Assembly: GCA_050944475.1 (NCBI GenBank)
Contig: JBMNRD010000001.1
Coordinates: forward strand, 498,984-530,983
Source: Lachnospiraceae bacterium
Lineage (GTDB): Bacteria > Bacillota > Clostridia > Lachnospirales > Lachnospiraceae
Reading direction: 5' to 3'
Length of the DNA stretch: 32,000 bases
Within the stretch, counting starts at the first letter, position 1; every line of letters begins with the position of its first letter. The translations under genes and the position numbers were made by a program. Of this stretch, positions 29,825-32,000 are shown in pieces. Under the pieces are notes generated by a model that was not told the origin of the DNA, did not search any database, and saw nothing but the letters and a program-made list of their open reading frames with translations.

Positions 29825-30697
29825 ATGTGCCGCAGGCACACCTCTATACCGACTATGCCAAAAGAACTTACCAGATGCCAGCTTGCCGAACGCAGCATTA
29901 TAAAAAAATACCGCAAGGAACTTTGGGCGCCCTTTGTCGCTGCCGTTAAAAGATACGAGCTTGTAAAGGAGGATGACAGGATTGCCGTCTGCATTTCCGG
30001 GGGGAAAGATTCTTTTCTTCTGGCAAAATTGATGCAGGAATTGCATCGCCATAGCGATATCCCCTTTGAACCGGTTTTTCTCGGAATGGATCCCGGCTAC
30101 AATCCTGACAACCGCAGAAAAATAATTGAAAATTCAGCGCTCCTGGAGATTCCTATTCGGATTTTCGAGTCCGATATATTTGATGCGGCCCATTCCGCAG
30201 ACAGGTCTCCGTGTTATTTATGCGCACGTATGAGACGCGGTGCCCTTTATAGTCGGGCAAAAGACCTTGGCTGCAATAAAATTGCCCTTGGCCATCACTT
30301 AAATGACGTCATTGAAACTACAATCATGGGAATGTTTTACTCCTCACAGTTACAGGGAATGCTTCCTATGCTTCACAGCACGAATTTTGAAGGAATGTCC
30401 CTGATTCGTCCCATGTATTGCATTCGGGAAGAGGATATTATTGCATGGAAAAATTATAATAATCTGGACTTTCTGCAATGCGCATGCCGCTTCACGGAAC
30501 AAAATGCCGACGGAGACGGCGAAGACGATTCCAAGCGTCGGGAAATTAAGCAGCTGATTGCCGAGCTTAAGAAGACTAATCCCGACATTGAAAGCAGCAT
30601 TTTCAACAGTATTCACGCTGTCAACCTGGAAACCTTCCCGGGATACAAGGTCGGCAAGAAAAACTACAGCTTTCTTGAAAAATATAATAAAAAATAG
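29825..30697 (+). CDS. TtcA/TtuA-family PP-loop tRNA thiolase-like ATPase (putative s2C32 synthase)
   Basis: PP-loop IAVCISGGKDS, LGHH.ND..ET, and cysteines placed for an Fe-S site (SPCYLCARMRRG, ..LQCACRF). An alternative start is the ATG at 29855 (MPKELTRC..). Confidence 0.75.
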   Translation: MCRRHTSIPTMPKELTRCQLAERSIIKKYRKELWAPFVAAVKRYELVKEDDRIAVCISGGKDSFLLAKLMQELHRHSDIPFEPVFLGMDPGYNPDNRRKIIENSALLEIPIRIFESDIFDAAHSADRSPCYLCARMRRGALYSRAKDLGCNKIALGHHLNDVIETTIMGMFYSSQLQGMLPMLHSTNFEGMSLIRPMYCIREEDIIAWKNYNNLDFLQCACRFTEQNADGDGEDDSKRREIKQLIAELKKTNPDIESSIFNSIHAVNLETFPGYKVGKKNYSFLEKYNKK

Positions 30698-30727
30698 CGG
30701 TTCGGGAACCCTCAAACCGCCCTTTTT
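30697..30727. terminator. Bidirectional rho-independent terminator between the ttcA-like and FNT genes
   Basis: GCGGTT (30697-30702), a 12-nt loop, AACCGC (30715-30720). It is followed by CCTTTTT on the plus strand and by TATTTTTT on the minus strand. Confidence 0.55.
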
Positions 30728-30771
30728 ACAAAAAAAGTTTTTGAAAACTATATAAACACCAATTCTTGCCG

Positions 30772-31608
30772 TTAATTCTCTTTTTTTCTTACATAAATTA
30801 AATAATATGTCACACCGACAAGAATTCCGCCGCCGATGATATTTCCCAGAGTCACAAAAAGCAGATTGTTAAACATGCTGCCTATGTTCAGCCCTTCTAT
30901 CTGAGCGGCGCTGAGCCCGAAAAGCTCCTGCGCCTTTGCTACGTATAGCGGGTTCGTTTTTGCCAGAAGAGCGGCAGGAAAATAATACATGTTGGCCACA
31001 CAGTGTTCTGCACCGATTATTATAAAGGTGAATACAGAGAAGAATGCACCGAATATTTTTCCGATTGCATCTTTGGCCGCGCCGGCAAGAAGAACGCCCA
31101 TGCACACGAGAATGTTGCAAACGACCCCTGAGAAAATCCGGGCCGGAATTCCGAGGGCCGCCTTGCCTACCGCGACCTTTATGGTAAATGCTCCAAGCGC
31201 GCCGCCGCCGATATCAAAATTCCCGGCCATAAAAACACACAGGGCAATCACAAACGCACCGACGAAATTTGCCGGCCATACCACAACTAAATTGCGCACA
31301 AGGCGGCTCCATTTTATCTGCTTGTTCAAGGCGGCCATCCCCATCAGGCAGTTGCCGGTGAACAGCTCCCCTCCGCACAGCACAATCATTATCAATCCCA
31401 ACGGGAAAACTATGCCGCTGACAAATCTGACCAGCCCCGCATCCGCCAGTCCGTGGGCTGCGGTACTGCCGGCTGCGCCGCCAAAGGCAATAAAGCCGCC
31501 GGCAAGAAGACCGAGAAGAATCATTTTTCCCAAAGGAAGAGATGCCTTAATTTCGGCCGCTTTTGTATTGGCAATCACCGTTTCCGCAGGTGTGTTGAAG
31601 TTGTTCAT
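30772..31608 (-). CDS. Formate/nitrite transporter (FNT) family channel
   Basis: 278 aa with 6 TM helices. GG.LFTGN and the central-His motif GAEHCVANMYY. Confidence 0.88.
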   Translation of the reverse strand: MNNFNTPAETVIANTKAAEIKASLPLGKMILLGLLAGGFIAFGGAAGSTAAHGLADAGLVRFVSGIVFPLGLIMIVLCGGELFTGNCLMGMAALNKQIKWSRLVRNLVVVWPANFVGAFVIALCVFMAGNFDIGGGALGAFTIKVAVGKAALGIPARIFSGVVCNILVCMGVLLAGAAKDAIGKIFGAFFSVFTFIIIGAEHCVANMYYFPAALLAKTNPLYVAKAQELFGLSAAQIEGLNIGSMFNNLLFVTLGNIIGGGILVGVTYYLIYVRKKEN

Positions 31609-31716
31609 TTTGGCCTCCTGAACCGAAGCGCCGGCTCCCGGGTTATGGCAGTCGGCGCTTTTACGCTAATTCCCGTGCGTCTTCAGTCTATCACACGAAG
31701 TCAGCATTGTCTAAAA

Positions 31717-32000
31717 TTATTTCATTTTCTCCGGAGCACAGCAGATGGACGTTCCGTCAACCTCCTGTATATAACCCTTATTCCTTCCGATATCCATATA
31801 TTTGCCCCAGTCTCCGGAAAGCATTTTTTCGGCACATTTGATTTTACTGTCAATCAGATCCGGGCTTGTTCCGCCTTGGAAATGGCCTCCATAAATGCCT
31901 TGAATGTCAAACTCTTTGAGCCGCTTTAGGGATTTTATATATGTGCTCAAATCTGCCGCACTTTCTTCGGTCAAAGCCGTCGTCATCGGTTGGATATTGT
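31717..32000 (-). CDS. C-terminal part of a possible MBL-fold hydrolase (continues beyond the window)
   Basis: The frame stays open upstream of the listed Met to the window edge (..NIQPMTTAL..). ..IYGGHFQG.. resembles the last His motif of MBL-fold proteins. This is a weak assignment. Confidence 0.4.
   Translation of the reverse strand, partial: NIQPMTTALTEESAADLSTYIKSLKRLKEFDIQGIYGGHFQGGTSPDLIDSKIKCAEKMLSGDWGKYMDIGRNKGYIQEVDGTSICCAPEKMK

Noticed and set aside
30989-31621. 210-aa plus-strand ORF antisense to the FNT channel gene
   Set aside because: The product is Pro/Ala/Thr-rich and mirrors the Gly/Ala-rich TM helices of the real gene on the other strand.

Overview
This window looks like a chromosomal, mostly housekeeping segment of a Firmicutes/Clostridia-type genome. 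I base that on AGGAGG-type ribosome-binding sites, tight 4-nt ATGA gene overlaps and B. subtilis-like synteny (ywlC-ywlE-rpiB and metS-yabD-ksgA).

Gene content, left to right:
- Plus strand: leuA (3' part), leuB, ilvE, glyA.
- A roughly 13 kb run of co-directional minus-strand genes (4438-17697): tsaC, a YwlE-like protein, rpiB, a dCMP deaminase, a complete nine-gene A/V-type ATPase operon (G/H-I-K-E-C-F-A-B-D), a SEC-C-type methionine aminopeptidase, then a DUF1538 membrane protein with a tandem P-II-like protein.
- Plus strand: a zinc-ribbon membrane protein and lgt.
- Minus strand: an acyl-adenylate ligase, an E2-like acyltransferase, metG, tatD, rsmA.
- A lipoprotein with an SH3b domain and a DUF4015 glycoside-hydrolase-like domain, and a HAD hydrolase.
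- A cluster of tRNA anticodon-loop modification genes (mnmA, tcdA, ttcA-like), a formate/nitrite-family channel, and a partial MBL-fold gene at the right edge.

I saw no rRNA, tRNA, CRISPR array, IS element, integrase or phage genes.

Nothing here is a clear-cut new system such as a defence island. The least understood parts are:
1. The DUF1538 plus fused double P-II module. The DUF1538 gene is split at a T7 run that is also a canonical -1 slippery heptamer (U UUU UUA).
2. An adenylate-forming ligase coupled to a stand-alone E2/CAT-fold acyltransferase whose catalytic His is replaced (DERxxDG).
3. A YwlE/LMW-PTP homologue that has lost all three catalytic residues but keeps its conserved operon position.

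All family assignments come from reading motifs by eye. No database search was run.
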